Part shown: positions 1-11,000 of the stretch, one piece after another
Layout: every line of letters begins with the position of its first letter
How positions within the stretch are numbered: position 1 is the first letter of the stretch
The notes under the pieces: model-generated
What the model was told of the DNA's origin: nothing
The model's input: the letters and a program-made list of their open reading frames with translations, nothing else
Databases searched by the model: none
DNA from: an uncultured Methanoregulaceae archaeon
GTDB taxonomy: Archaea; Halobacteriota; Methanomicrobia; Methanomicrobiales; Methanospirillaceae
Reading direction: 5' to 3'
DNA length: 64,000 nucleotides
NCBI GenBank assembly: GCA_963841015.1
Contig: CAWJAX010000002.1
Location: forward strand, 480,001-544,000
Position numbers and translations under genes: made by a program

Positions 1-285
1 AACGAGACGATCGAATCGATCGAAAAGACCTTTGCCCTTGTCCTGTCGCTGCCGCTCGATGAAGCCTGGTTCACCGTCCCGCTCCCTCTTCCTGGAACAC
101 CCCTTTTTGCCCGTGTTGCCGATCTCAGGAAATGGGAGGACTGGGAGGTCTCAAACCAGGTGAAATTCGTGTATCCCTCGGAATTTGATGAGCGTTGGCT
201 TGAGTGCCGCATCAATGAGACAATGGAAGCGTTCCGGAAGAAAAAGGGTAGCATTGGTTCCGGAGAAAGGGGAGGTACAACCTGA
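1..285 (+). CDS. Radical SAM protein (B12-binding class), C-terminal fragment; 5' end outside window
   Basis: Frame 1 reads NETIESIEKTFALVLSLPLDEAWFTVPLPLPGTPLF...; ET..S..KT and PLPGTPL are typical of radical SAM C-termini. Stop at 283-285. Confidence 0.6.
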   Translation, partial: NETIESIEKTFALVLSLPLDEAWFTVPLPLPGTPLFARVADLRKWEDWEVSNQVKFVYPSEFDERWLECRINETMEAFRKKKGSIGSGERGGTT

Positions 286-437
286 ATGCCGGAAACACCA
301 GACCTCTTTTTTGTTCAGACATTCTTAAGTAAAATAATCCCGTTTATCCCGTAATTTATACGCGTTAGTCACAATTTTTGAAAAGTGCAAAAACGTATAA
401 ATATAAAAGCAATCTTATAGACCGCCGGTGAAACATC

Positions 438-605
438 ATGGTATCGTTTAAGTGCAAGGATATCGGGATGGACTGCAAGTTCGAGACAACCGCAGCCAAT
501 GTGCAGGATTTGGATGATAAGGTCGCCCAGCATGCCCGTGAGGTTCACAAAATCCCCTCACTGGATAAAGAGATGTGGATGAAGATTCACAAAGCAGAAA
601 AGTAG
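438..605 (+). CDS. Small metal-binding protein, DUF1059-like (55 aa; not in ORF track)
   Basis: Manual translation MVSFKCKDIGMDCKFETTAANVQDLDDKVAQHAREVHKIPSLDKEMWMKIHKAEK; C-x6-C...H-x4-H pattern; TATA-like box at ~398-408. Confidence 0.8.
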   Translation: MVSFKCKDIGMDCKFETTAANVQDLDDKVAQHAREVHKIPSLDKEMWMKIHKAEK

Positions 606-707
606 CTCCCCCTTTTTTGTACCTTATAAGGAACCGGTGTATCTTTTTAAGAATGAGATTCATCTGGGAGTGAGTAGTTACTATTGATCGATCGCAGGAG
701 GGAATGG

Positions 708-2480
708 ATGGCGAAATGGAAATGCAGTGTATGCGGGTATATCTATGATGAAACAACCGGGGATCCCAAGGCAGGAATACTTGCGGGGACTACCTTTGAA
801 AAGCTTCCTGATACATGGACATGCCCGGTCTGCGGGGCAGGAAAAGAGGCTTTCAGGAATGTGCCTACAGAAGATATCCATGCAAGGGCAGTCACGACAG
901 TATCCGATGTGATGGTTGCGGAACTGGTTACCTGGGGAGTGAACGTTGTATTTGGTCTGCCCGGTACCTCCTCGCTTGGTCTCGTTGAGGCAATCCGGAA
1001 AAATCCCGGGATCCGGTATTTTGTCGTGCGGCATGAGGAGAATGCGGCTTTTGCTGCTTCTGCTTACAATAAACTGACCGGCGATATTGCTGGGTGTCTC
1101 ACGATTGCTGGTCCGGGTGCAACCAACCTTGCAACCGGACTCTACGATGCAAAGGAAGATCATGCTTCAGTCCTGTCATTGAACGGGCAGGTAGAAGCAC
1201 AGTATACCGGTCCGGGTGGTGTGCAGGAAATCGACCAGGACGAGTTCTTCCGCCCTATTACGGTATATAACAATACCATTTATGAAAAGAATCTGGCAGT
1301 CCTGTTGTTGACCCGGGCTCTCAGGTATGCGAAAATTGATCGGGGTGTTGCCCAGATCTCGGTCCCCAATGATATCCAGAAACAACCACTGGATGAACGG
1401 TTCTGTACCCGCGAGTCCTGCCTTTGCGGTCCTGATATCCTGCCATCTGATGACATGTTGAAAACCGCTGCAATGGCGATAAACAGCGCGAAAAAGGCGG
1501 TGATTCTCGCCGGCTGGGGTGCCTACCCGGATGGACAGAAGGTGCTTGCTCTTGCAGAGAAGATCAAGGCCCCCATACTTACGACGTTCCGTGCAAAAGG
1601 TATAATTCCCGAAGACAACCCGTGGGTGATCGGCATCCTTGGGAATGTGGGCTCACCCCACGCACGGATCCTGGTAAACGAGGCAGATCTTGTTATCACG
1701 CTTGGGGTAGGATTCTCAAAATATACCAATGTCCCCACAGAAAAATCCTTCGTACAGGTGGATATCGATCCGCTGAAACTCGGGAAAAACCGGCAGACTA
1801 TTGCACTCTGGGGAAACTGCAGTCTTGTGCTCCCAAAACTCCTCCCCCTGCTCACTGAACAGGAAGAGGTGGGGAGTAAACAACGCCTTGCGGCCCTGAA
1901 AAAAGAATGGGACCTGCAGCGCGATGCTGAAGCAGACAGCAGCGCCTCCCCATTAAGGCCTCCATTCATCATGAAGGTGCTGTCTGAGGTGATCCCAGCC
2001 GATGCGGCGATTTCGCTGGATGTCGGCGACAACCAGTGGTGGTTTGGCAGGAACTTCCGTATGAAACAGCAGCGGTTTGCGATGTCAGGCTATCTTGCGA
2101 CCATGGGGTTTGGCCTGCCGGGCGCAATCGCAGCAAAAATCGCGTATCCTGACAGAACGGTGTTTTGTATCACCGGCGATGGCGGTTTTTCCATGGCTAT
2201 GGCAGATTTCATCACCGCGGTGAAATATGATCTCCCGATAGTGGTGGTCATTCTGAATAACCACCAGCTTGGTATGATCCAGGTCGAGCAGATGATGGAA
2301 CATTACCCGAACTATGCGACCGACCTCCTCAACCCGGATTTTGCCCGGTACGCAGAAGTATGCGGCGCCAGAGGTATCCGTGTCAGTCGTCCGGAAGAAC
2401 TCAAACCCGCACTTATCACTGCGATGTCCCATAAACGCCCGGTAATTATTGATGTGGAGACCGATCCAAAACGGTTCTGA
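708..2480 (+). CDS. Rubredoxin-fused thiamine-diphosphate enzyme, pyruvate oxidase/acetolactate synthase family
   Basis: N-terminal [11 protein letters not shown]...WTCPVCG rubredoxin; [11 protein letters not shown]; GDGG...NN ThDP motif; GGAGG RBS before ATG 708. Confidence 0.9.
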   Translation: MAKWKCSVCGYIYDETTGDPKAGILAGTTFEKLPDTWTCPVCGAGKEAFRNVPTEDIHARAVTTVSDVMVAELVTWGVNVVFGLPGTSSLGLVEAIRKNPGIRYFVVRHEENAAFAASAYNKLTGDIAGCLTIAGPGATNLATGLYDAKEDHASVLSLNGQVEAQYTGPGGVQEIDQDEFFRPITVYNNTIYEKNLAVLLLTRALRYAKIDRGVAQISVPNDIQKQPLDERFCTRESCLCGPDILPSDDMLKTAAMAINSAKKAVILAGWGAYPDGQKVLALAEKIKAPILTTFRAKGIIPEDNPWVIGILGNVGSPHARILVNEADLVITLGVGFSKYTNVPTEKSFVQVDIDPLKLGKNRQTIALWGNCSLVLPKLLPLLTEQEEVGSKQRLAALKKEWDLQRDAEADSSASPLRPPFIMKVLSEVIPADAAISLDVGDNQWWFGRNFRMKQQRFAMSGYLATMGFGLPGAIAAKIAYPDRTVFCITGDGGFSMAMADFITAVKYDLPIVVVILNNHQLGMIQVEQMMEHYPNYATDLLNPDFARYAEVCGARGIRVSRPEELKPALITAMSHKRPVIIDVETDPKRF

Positions 2481-2696
2481 TACGGTTTTTTTCCCATCAA
2501 AAATGAGAAAAATCCCGGCTCTCTACACCAGAAAATAGAGTCGGGATCTTATGACCCGGCGGCATTTCGTGGTGCATCATTGCATTCTCACCTTTTTGTC
2601 CGGACGGCCGGAAGAATAACCACTCTGGCAGTGGGGAAGATATGCTTATTTCCCGTTTTCAAACTTTGTGACATGGTTTGAAAATCATTTTTCTGT

Positions 2697-3824
2697 TCAC
2701 ACCGGCTTCGTTTCCGGAATGTCAGGTTCCAGTACCGGATAATCCGTGTATCCGCGTTCCTCTCCCGTGTAAAAAGCCGAAGGGTCCCCGGAATTGAGCG
2801 GTGCGTGCATGGCGAAACGATAGGGGAGATCCGGGTTGGCGAGGAAAAGAACCCCAAAGGATACAAGATCTGCCAGCCCGCTATCAATCACTTCATTGCC
2901 GCTGGCAGCGTCATATCCCCCGTTCAGCATAAGCGTCCCGTTGAATTTTGCACGGATGAGCGGGGCGATTATTGCTTCGGGAGCAGTTGCACCCAGCTTT
3001 CCGCCCACCGGTTCAATAAGGTGGATGTACCCGATGCCAATCCTGTTTAGTTCGGATGCGAGGCGGGAGAACGTTCCGGAAGGATCTGTATCAGACATTC
3101 CATGGAGGAAGAAATGCGGAGACATCCGGTATCCTACCCTCTGTGGTTCCGATTCACGAACAACTGCCCGTGCAACCTCAAGAGGGAACCGCATGCGGTT
3201 TTCCAGGTTTCCCCCATATTTATCGGTACGCTTGTTTGACCCATCCCGCAGGAACTGGTCAAGCAGGTAACCGTTTGCCCCGTGAATTTCCACGCCGTCA
3301 AATCCCGCTTCCTTTGCATTCTTCGCCCCCAGCCGGAACTGTTCTACGATTTCCGGGATCTCTTCGGTCAGCAGTGCCCGGGGCAGCGGAATTCTCTTTT
3401 TTCCCGTTGGTGTGTGAATTTCTTCGTTCACGGCAATCGCAGATGGTGCAACCGGCAGGTCACCGCCGAGATAATCCGGATGGGACATCCGCCCCACATG
3501 CCAGAGCTGGAGGAATATGGTCCCTCCTGCCTGGTGAACAGCAGCAGTAATCCCCTTCCATCCTGCCACCTGTGCCAGGGAATATATTCCGGGTGTACGG
3601 TTGAATCCCACACCCCGGGGGCTCACCTGGGAACCTTCCGTGATGATCAGACCCGCTGAGGCTCTTTGGGTATAATAGGTGACCGCGAGCGGACCCGGAA
3701 TATTGTCTTCCATCGCCCGGCAGCGGGTCATCGGTGCCATGACCATTCTGTTCCGGAGACGGGTGTCTCCCAGTTTGTAAGGAGATAACAGACTTGTCAG
3801 ATTCTTCACCTCATGCCGGGACAA
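2697..3824 (-). CDS. Old yellow enzyme / NADH:flavin oxidoreductase (NemA-like alkene reductase)
   Basis: NRMVMAPMTR, QLWHVGR, GFDGVEIHGANGYLLDQF and FLANPDLP motifs. Confidence 0.92.
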   Translation of the reverse strand: MSRHEVKNLTSLLSPYKLGDTRLRNRMVMAPMTRCRAMEDNIPGPLAVTYYTQRASAGLIITEGSQVSPRGVGFNRTPGIYSLAQVAGWKGITAAVHQAGGTIFLQLWHVGRMSHPDYLGGDLPVAPSAIAVNEEIHTPTGKKRIPLPRALLTEEIPEIVEQFRLGAKNAKEAGFDGVEIHGANGYLLDQFLRDGSNKRTDKYGGNLENRMRFPLEVARAVVRESEPQRVGYRMSPHFFLHGMSDTDPSGTFSRLASELNRIGIGYIHLIEPVGGKLGATAPEAIIAPLIRAKFNGTLMLNGGYDAASGNEVIDSGLADLVSFGVLFLANPDLPYRFAMHAPLNSGDPSAFYTGEERGYTDYPVLEPDIPETKPV

Positions 3825-5321
3825 GTTTCCATATCTCTCCGGTTGCTGCTGCCGGATCAGGGCCGCTCTTCATGCTTGTCAGGACATAGAGTTCATGGTT
3901 TTCGTCTTCACCAAATCCCCTGACATAGACATTCATCCGACCGTTGGGATTGTTCATAATCCTGAACTCCTGCGTTGTCCACATCTGGTTGTCCTGCGGC
4001 GTGATATTGCTTACCGCGGGAGGATACCTGCTGATATCATAACCTGAAGGCGGGGTCGAGACCAGCAGGGTCCCATCTCCCCGGGCAAAAGCGGTGCTCC
4101 ATTCACCGAAAATGTAGTTCCCGACAAGGTCAGGTATAGCAGTGCCGCGATAAATATACCCGCCAACGATAGTATTGCCAACATCATGGCCGGTCTCGAT
4201 TATCGGCCCGATCAACGGTTCCCCCCGGGCTCCCGTGATCGGGCACGCACCGGCAGGAGGTTTTGAATTATCGGTAGTATTGAAACAATGCGTTCCCTCT
4301 CGGATATTCCAGCCGTAGTTCCCTCCCTTGTCAACGATGAAGACTGATTCGAACAGCGCCTGCCCGGCAGACGCCGTGATCAGGGTGTGGTTGCCGGCTG
4401 CATCGAACGAGGCATAGGCAGGGTTCCGGAGTCCCGTCGCAAAAATCTCCGGCACAATTCCTGCAGTTCCGACAAAAGGATTATCCGGAGGGATCGCGTA
4501 CTTCTTCCCCCGGTACCAGGTTTATCCACATCGATCCGCAGGATCTTGCCGAGGAGGTTTTTTGTGTCCTGAGCATTGCCGGTATCCGGAGTATGGCCGG
4601 TGCCGGTGTCGTCAGCGCCACCACCATCACCGAGAGCGAGGTAGAGGTAACCATCATCAGGCCCGAAGAGGAGCGGCCCCCCGTTGTGATTTGATTGCGG
4701 TTTGTCAACCGTCAGCAGGATCATTTCCGAGTTCATATCAACGGAATCGGGATTGCCTTCCATGACATGGAATTCAGAAAGCCGGTTGGTGCTGCTCCAG
4801 CCTGCGGGAGCCCCCGTCTGCAGCGGCGCAGAATAGTACACAAAAACGCGCCCGTTGTTCCGGTAATCCGGGTGGAACGCAAGGGAGAACAGGCCGCGTT
4901 CGTCATATCCTGTATTGAGGCGAACGAGGCGATCCCGGATATCAAGAAACGGTGCATCGAGGACTTTATTGTCAGGTGTAATGATCTTCACGATGCCGAT
5001 CTGGTCAACCAAAAACAAGCGTCCGCTGTTATCAGGAGGCACAGAAACCATCATTGGTGAGGAAAACCCCCCTGCCACCTTTTCAAGACGTATAAGCGGC
5101 TGAGGGGTGACAAGGGGAGTGTATGACGCACCATTCCTGAAGGTTGCTGCCTGTGGAGAATTCTGGTTGGTCAGGTCGGCAGCAGGTCCCGGAGCTGTGG
5201 TAGCCGAAATAATCGTTGGTGTACTAAAAGAAGGCCCGTTTCCCGGGTTTCCGATACATGCAGATGCGAGACTAAATGCTACGATAATCGAAAGAAAGAC
5301 AGGTATCCAGACTTTTTTCAT
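3811..5321 (-). CDS. PQQ-dependent glucose/sorbosone dehydrogenase-family beta-propeller lipoprotein (frameshift ~4505)
   Basis: Signal peptide ending LASAC; ERGLFSLAFHPDY, NHNGG, LYLALGDGG, GKILRIDVD; second ORF continues PEIFATGLRNP...GGNYGW. The break lies in a G-run. Confidence 0.85.
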
Positions 5322-5444
5322 GCACGTCCGTAAGGAAAATTGATCGCTTAATAATTTTGGTAACTTTCAGATTTTAGAATGATGGAAATCCGGATTTATG
5401 AGTCATTTTTTTAGCATTCATCACCAAAAAATGGTGTTTGTCGA

Positions 5445-5483
5445 TGTTTCAAAAATTGTAAAGAGAGGAAGGCATTAATAAAA
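5445..5483 (+). promoter_or_regulatory. kaiC promoter: TGTTTCAAAAATTG motif + 17 nt + TAATAAAA
   Basis: Same motif and spacing as the promoters at 15261, 20226 and 22344. Confidence 0.55.
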
Positions 5484-5560
5484 GTCAGATAAGTCTCTTA
5501 TTATTCTTACGGTGAATTTAACGTATAGTACAAGGCATTGTCGTAACAGGAGGTTGATGA

Positions 5561-7316
5561 ATGAAACAAAACGGTGGGAACAAGAGGGGAATCAAAACAA
5601 CGGATACGCGTGAACTGGCAAAAGTGCCTTCGGGAATAAAAGGCCTTGACGTCATAACCGGTGGGGGGCTCCCGAAGGGAAGACCGGCACTCGTAAGCGG
5701 TGGACCGGGGTGTGGGAAAACACTTTTTGCGATGGAGTTCATCATCAGGGGGATCACTGACTATAATGAGCCTGGAGTTTTCGTTGCATTTGAAGAGAAG
5801 ATCGATGATTTAAAAAAGAATTTCAAATCGCTGGGATTTGATCTTGATGATCTTCCCGGACAGAAAAAACTGGTTCTCGATCACATTTTCATCGACAGGA
5901 CCGAGATTGAAGAGACCGGCGAGTACGATCTCGAAGGGTTATTTATCCGCCTTGGCGCGATGATCGACGAAGTCGGGGCAAAACGTATAGCCATTGACAC
6001 ACTTGAGGCAATCTTTTCAGGTTTCTGTAACGAGGCAATCCTGCGTTCAGAGTTGCGCAGGCTTTTCCTGTGGTTAAAGGACAAGGGGATCACAGCAGTC
6101 GTCACCGGCGAACGCGGAGACCGGACTATCACCAAATACGGGCTCGAAGAATACGTTGCAGACTGTGTCATCACCCTTGACCACCGGATTACAAACCAGA
6201 TTGCGACACGGCGTTTACGGATCATCAAGTACCGCGGCAGTGTCCACGGGACTGACGAGTACCCGTTCCTGATCAGCCAGGACGGGATCTCCGTACTGCC
6301 GATCACTTCCCTGTCGCTCTCTCACACGGCGACAACAGAGCGAATCGGATCCGGTATTCCCAGGCTCGATACGATGCTTGGGGGGATGGGCTATTACCGG
6401 GGTAGTTCTGTTCTCGTCTCCGGGCAGGCAGGAACGGGAAAGACCAGTATTGCTGCAACCTTTGCCGATGCAGCGTGCAGGCGCGGCGAGAAGTGCCTCT
6501 TTATGGTCTTCGAGGAGTCCGAGAGCCAGCTTACGAGGAATATGCGATCAATAGGACTCAACCTCGGACAATGGGTAAAAAAAGGACTTCTGAAGTTCCA
6601 TGCAGTCCGCCCGACTGCTTACAGCCTCGAGATGCACCTCTCGATGATGATCAAGTTCATCGAAGAGTACGAGCCGCAGGTAGTCGTCGTCGACCCCATC
6701 TCAAACCTTTACCCGGTTGGCGATGATATCCAGGTACGTTCGATGCTGATGAGACTCATCGATTATGCCAAGTCCAGCCAGATCACCGGCATGTTCACCA
6801 ACCTCTCGGCCGATGAAGTCTCGAATGCCTATGCTCTCGAAGCTTACCCACCTGCATGTCTCCTCGCTGATGGACACCTGGATGATCCTGAAACATATTG
6901 AGGGAAACGGTGAGAGGAACCGGGTTTTCTCCATCGTAAAGGCCCGTGGCATTGCACACTCGAACCAGCTCCGTGAGTTCATCCTGACTTCACAGGGAAT
7001 CCAGCTCCTCGACCTGTACAAAGGAAGCGCAGGAGTGTTTTTCGGCTCTGCCCGGGTTGCGCAGGAGAACCGCGAAGCTGCCAGTCGGGTCATCAGGAAT
7101 GAGGAGATCGAGCGGAAGCAGCGTGAACTCGATCGGAAGAAGCGGATCATGGAGAACGAGATCGCGATGCTCAAAGAGAAGTTTGCCCGGGACGAGGACG
7201 AGATCCGAATCCTGATTGAGCAGGATCTCTCCCGGGAAAAATCTGTCGAACAGGGCCAGAAAGATCTGGCAGTGCTGCGAAAAGCTGAGAAGCGTGGGAG
7301 TAATCGAGGTGAATGA
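5561..7316 (+). CDS. kaiC: Circadian-clock-family ATPase KaiC (KaiC2-like, C-terminal coiled coil; frameshift ~6845)
   Basis: Two RecA-like domains: [11 protein letters not shown] and [12 protein letters not shown]; EEYVADCVI; KYRGSVH; phosphosite region HVSSLMDTW; [14 protein letters not shown] in the second ORF. Confidence 0.93.
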
Positions 7317-7651
7317 TGCCCGTGAAGAAAAGCATTGCCGAAGTATCCTGCGAACCCGGGCCGGAACCTACGGGTGAAATGTGGGAATTGCGGTTGTACG
7401 TTGCGGGCCAGACCCCCAACTCCCTGACCGCGTTTGAGAACTTAAAGAACATCTGCCAGGAACATCTTGAAGGGCGGTACAGGATCGAGGTCATCGATCT
7501 CGTTGCCAACCCTCAGCTTGCAAAAGGGGATCAGATCATCGCCGTGCCGACCCTCATACGGAAGCTCCCGACACCGGTAAAAAAGATAATCGGAAACCTC
7601 TCGAATACCGAGAAAGTACTTGTGGGGCTCGACCTGCGGAAGGTAACCTAA
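7313..7651 (+). CDS. kaiB: KaiB
   Basis: [12 protein letters not shown]...IEVIDL...[29 protein letters not shown]; overlaps kaiC stop. Confidence 0.95.
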   Translation: MMPVKKSIAEVSCEPGPEPTGEMWELRLYVAGQTPNSLTAFENLKNICQEHLEGRYRIEVIDLVANPQLAKGDQIIAVPTLIRKLPTPVKKIIGNLSNTEKVLVGLDLRKVT

Positions 7652-7652
7652 G

Positions 7653-8015
7653 ATGACAAACCCAAAAGGCGCGAAAGGGAAGAAAATTACCGGTGATGTG
7701 ACCCGGGAATACGAACATGCTCTTGAGCAGAAAAAGACCGAATACTACGTCCTGCGCCTCTACGTTGCCGGTAACAACTTCCGATCCCGGATGGCAGTTG
7801 AGAACGTGAAAAAGATCTGCGAGGAGTACCTTAAAGGAAGGTACGAACTTGAAGTGGTTGACATCTACCAGGACCAGACAAAGAACCCGGTCGATCTCGT
7901 ACTTGCAGCCCCGACTCTGGTCAAGAAGCTCCCGCTCCCCTTACGAAAAGTCATCGGGGATATGACCCGGAAGGATAAGGTGCTCGTCGGGCTCGATCTT
8001 GTATCCCGTCAATGA
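7653..8015 (+). CDS. kaiB: KaiB paralog
   Basis: YVLRLYVAG...ELEVVDI...APTLVKKLPLPLRKVIGDM. Confidence 0.92.
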   Translation: MTNPKGAKGKKITGDVTREYEHALEQKKTEYYVLRLYVAGNNFRSRMAVENVKKICEEYLKGRYELEVVDIYQDQTKNPVDLVLAAPTLVKKLPLPLRKVIGDMTRKDKVLVGLDLVSRQ

Positions 8016-8024
8016 GGGATTCCC

Positions 8025-11000
8025 ATGACAAAAGTCAATGCCGGAGGAAAAAATACGAAACCCAGGCGTCCTGACCCTGGCAGAGAAATTGAGGAACTGC
8101 GTGACAAGGTCCGCGAGCTCGAAGAGACACTCGATGCGATCCGTTCCGGAGAAGTCGACGCTATCATTGTCGCACAAGGTGATGCACAGCAGATCTACAC
8201 ACTCGAGGGTGCCGATCATCCGTACCAGATCCTCGTGGAAAATATCCAGGAAGGGGTACTCACCCTTTCCCGTACCGGAATGATCCTCTATACCAACACG
8301 CGGTTCGCCGAAATGGTGAAACTGCCCATGAAAGAGCTGCCCGGCACCTCACTCCTCGATTATATCTATCCCGAGTATTGTCTTGTGATCGACGATGCTT
8401 TGACAGCAATCCAGACCAGGGATTTCAAGGGACGGGCTCGTATCCGGCATGGCTCCACATCTCTCCCCGTTTTCATCACTATGGCTTCTCTCTCCCATGA
8501 TGAGAACACAACGATCAGTGTTGTGATAACTGACCGCAGTTTTGATGAGGAGCAAATCCTTTTCCAGGCACAAATGCTCAATGCTGTGGGTGATGCTGTT
8601 GTAGCGATCGATGCAGACGGGAAGATAATCTTCTGGAACGATGCTGCAACAAAAATCTATGGCTGGAAACCGGCTGAGGTCATGGGACGCGATCTTGTGG
8701 ATGTTACCCTTCCGGAACTCTCAAAGAAAGAGACACGGGAAATCGGGAAACACCTTGAGGAAGGGGAGGTCTGGTCCGGGGAGTATATCGTAAGGCACCG
8801 CGACGGCCATCCGTTTTCTATCTATGCCAGTGCCGCCCCGGTTTTCGATACAGACAAGAATCTCATTGCAGTTATCGGTGCGAGTCATGACATCACGGAG
8901 AAGAAGAAGACAGAGGAAATCCTGAAGGAAAGTGAGGAACGATATCGCACCGTTGCTGATTTCACGCTTGATTGGGAATTCTGGATCGATCCTGATGGTA
9001 ATTATAAATACATCTCTCCTTCGGTAGAGCGGATTTTAGGGAGACCATTCAATCAGGTACTTTCAGCTGAAGAGACTCCTTCGTGCATGTATGCATCCGG
9101 AGGATCTTGAAAACCGGCTTACCCACCTGATTCAGGAACAGGCAGGTCAGGAATCCTTTGAGTCGGAGTTCAGGATCGTGCGCCCGGAGGGGGAAATCCG
9201 ATGGATCCATCATGTGTGTCAGCCGATTTGGAACAAGGAAGGAAAATTTCTCGGTACGCGGGGTTCGAACCGTGATATTACTGATCGCAAGCTGGCAGAG
9301 GAAGCTCTGAAAGAGAGCGAAGAACGATACCGGCATCTTGTGATGTATGCACCAACCGCTATCTATGAAATTTCTGCCGATGGTCTCCGGTTCCGGCGGG
9401 TCAATGAAACCATGTGCCGTATTCTGGGATATACCCAGCAAGAGTTGCTGGAGATGAATCCCTTTGACATTCTCGATGAGGAGTGTAAGATCCGGTTCCG
9501 GGATCGGATCGGAAAGCGGTTGGCAGGTGAGGATATTGATGAGTCGGTTGCATACAGGATAGTTGGAAGGGATGGGCGCGAGATATGGGCTACACTCAAC
9601 CTTCGACTGAATGATGATGGGAAAGGCACCCTTGTCGTTGCGCACGATGTCACGGAACGGAAGATAGCGGAAGAAAAAGTACATAAAGCTTTCGAGCTAA
9701 CGTCAACAATTCTTGACTCTATACAAGGCAGTTTCATCGCGCTGGATAAAAACTGGCAATTTACCTACATAAATCAGCGGGCTGCAATTCCGAATATTAT
9801 TCCGGAAGAAATTATCGGGAAATCCCTTTGGGAAGTATACCCGGAAATTGTCGGGACCCCTCTTGAAACTGTATATCGTGAGGTGATGGCCAGCAGGAAA
9901 CCACGAATATACGAGAACAAGAGTGTTATCGCATCCGGAAGATACTTCGAATTACATGTGTATCCCATTGGCGAGCGTGGCCTGGCCATATTCGGGCAGG
10001 ATATCACCGACCGCAAGAAGATAGAAATGGCTCTTCACGAAGCACAGAAGAGGACCACTGCTATTCTGGAAGGCATTGCAGACACGTTCTATTCCCTGGA
10101 TTCACAGTGGAAGTTCGTTACGGTAAACCCGGCAGCTGAGAAAGCTCCCTTTGGCCGGCCTGCATCTGAACTGCTTGGCAGGGTGATATGGGATCTCTAT
10201 CCGGCCCTTGTGGGCACACAAATCCACCAGCATTACCTCAATGCTGCAACGAAGCATTCTCTTGAACACTACGAGGCAAAGTCACCGCTGAACGGATGTT
10301 GGTATGAAGTATTCATGCAGGGACAGGTTGAAGGGGTCGATGTCTATATGCGCGATATTTCCGTGCGCAAACAGGTAGAAGAGGAGCTGTTTCAGAGTGA
10401 GAAGAGATACAAAGAGCTTGTTGAGAATGCAAACAGTATAATAATAAAAATGGATAATGAAGGTAAAATCTCCTTCTTCAATGATTACGCACAGAATTTC
10501 TTTGGTTATTCCCCTGATGAGATCCTTGGAAAGAATGTGAACATACTTGTTCCTTTGACAGAGAGCACCACAGGACGAAGTCTGGAAACAATGGTTCACG
10601 CTGTTCTCAAAGATCCTGACAATTTCGCTGAAAACATAAACGAAAATGTAAAAAAGAACGGAGATCGTGTCTGGATCTCCTGGAGAAATAGTGCTATCAG
10701 GGATTCTTTAGGAAATATCACGGGGAATCTTGCATTTGGACAGGATATCACTGTACGCAGGAAGGCTGAGGACGCTTTGCGGGAGAGCGAAGAGCGGTTC
10801 CGGCTGGCTCTGAAGAATGCACCAGTGTCAGTTGCGATTCAGGACAAGGATCTGGTTTTCCAGTGGGCGTACAATCAGCGTACGATTCGACCGGAAGAGA
10901 TCAAAGGGAAGAAAGACATCGATCTCTTTATACCGGAAGATGCAGCACGGCTGGTCGAACTGAAACGCAGGTGTCTGGAGACGGGGAAGATAGTCCGGGA

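Noticed and set aside
6830-6860. Programmed ribosomal frameshift in kaiC (and other genes)
   Set aside because: No slippery heptamer at most breakpoints, and similar +1 indels hit housekeeping genes such as mdh.
5561-8015. True self-sustained circadian clock
   Set aside because: No kaiA; KaiC2-like features support at most an hourglass timer or energy/stress sensor.
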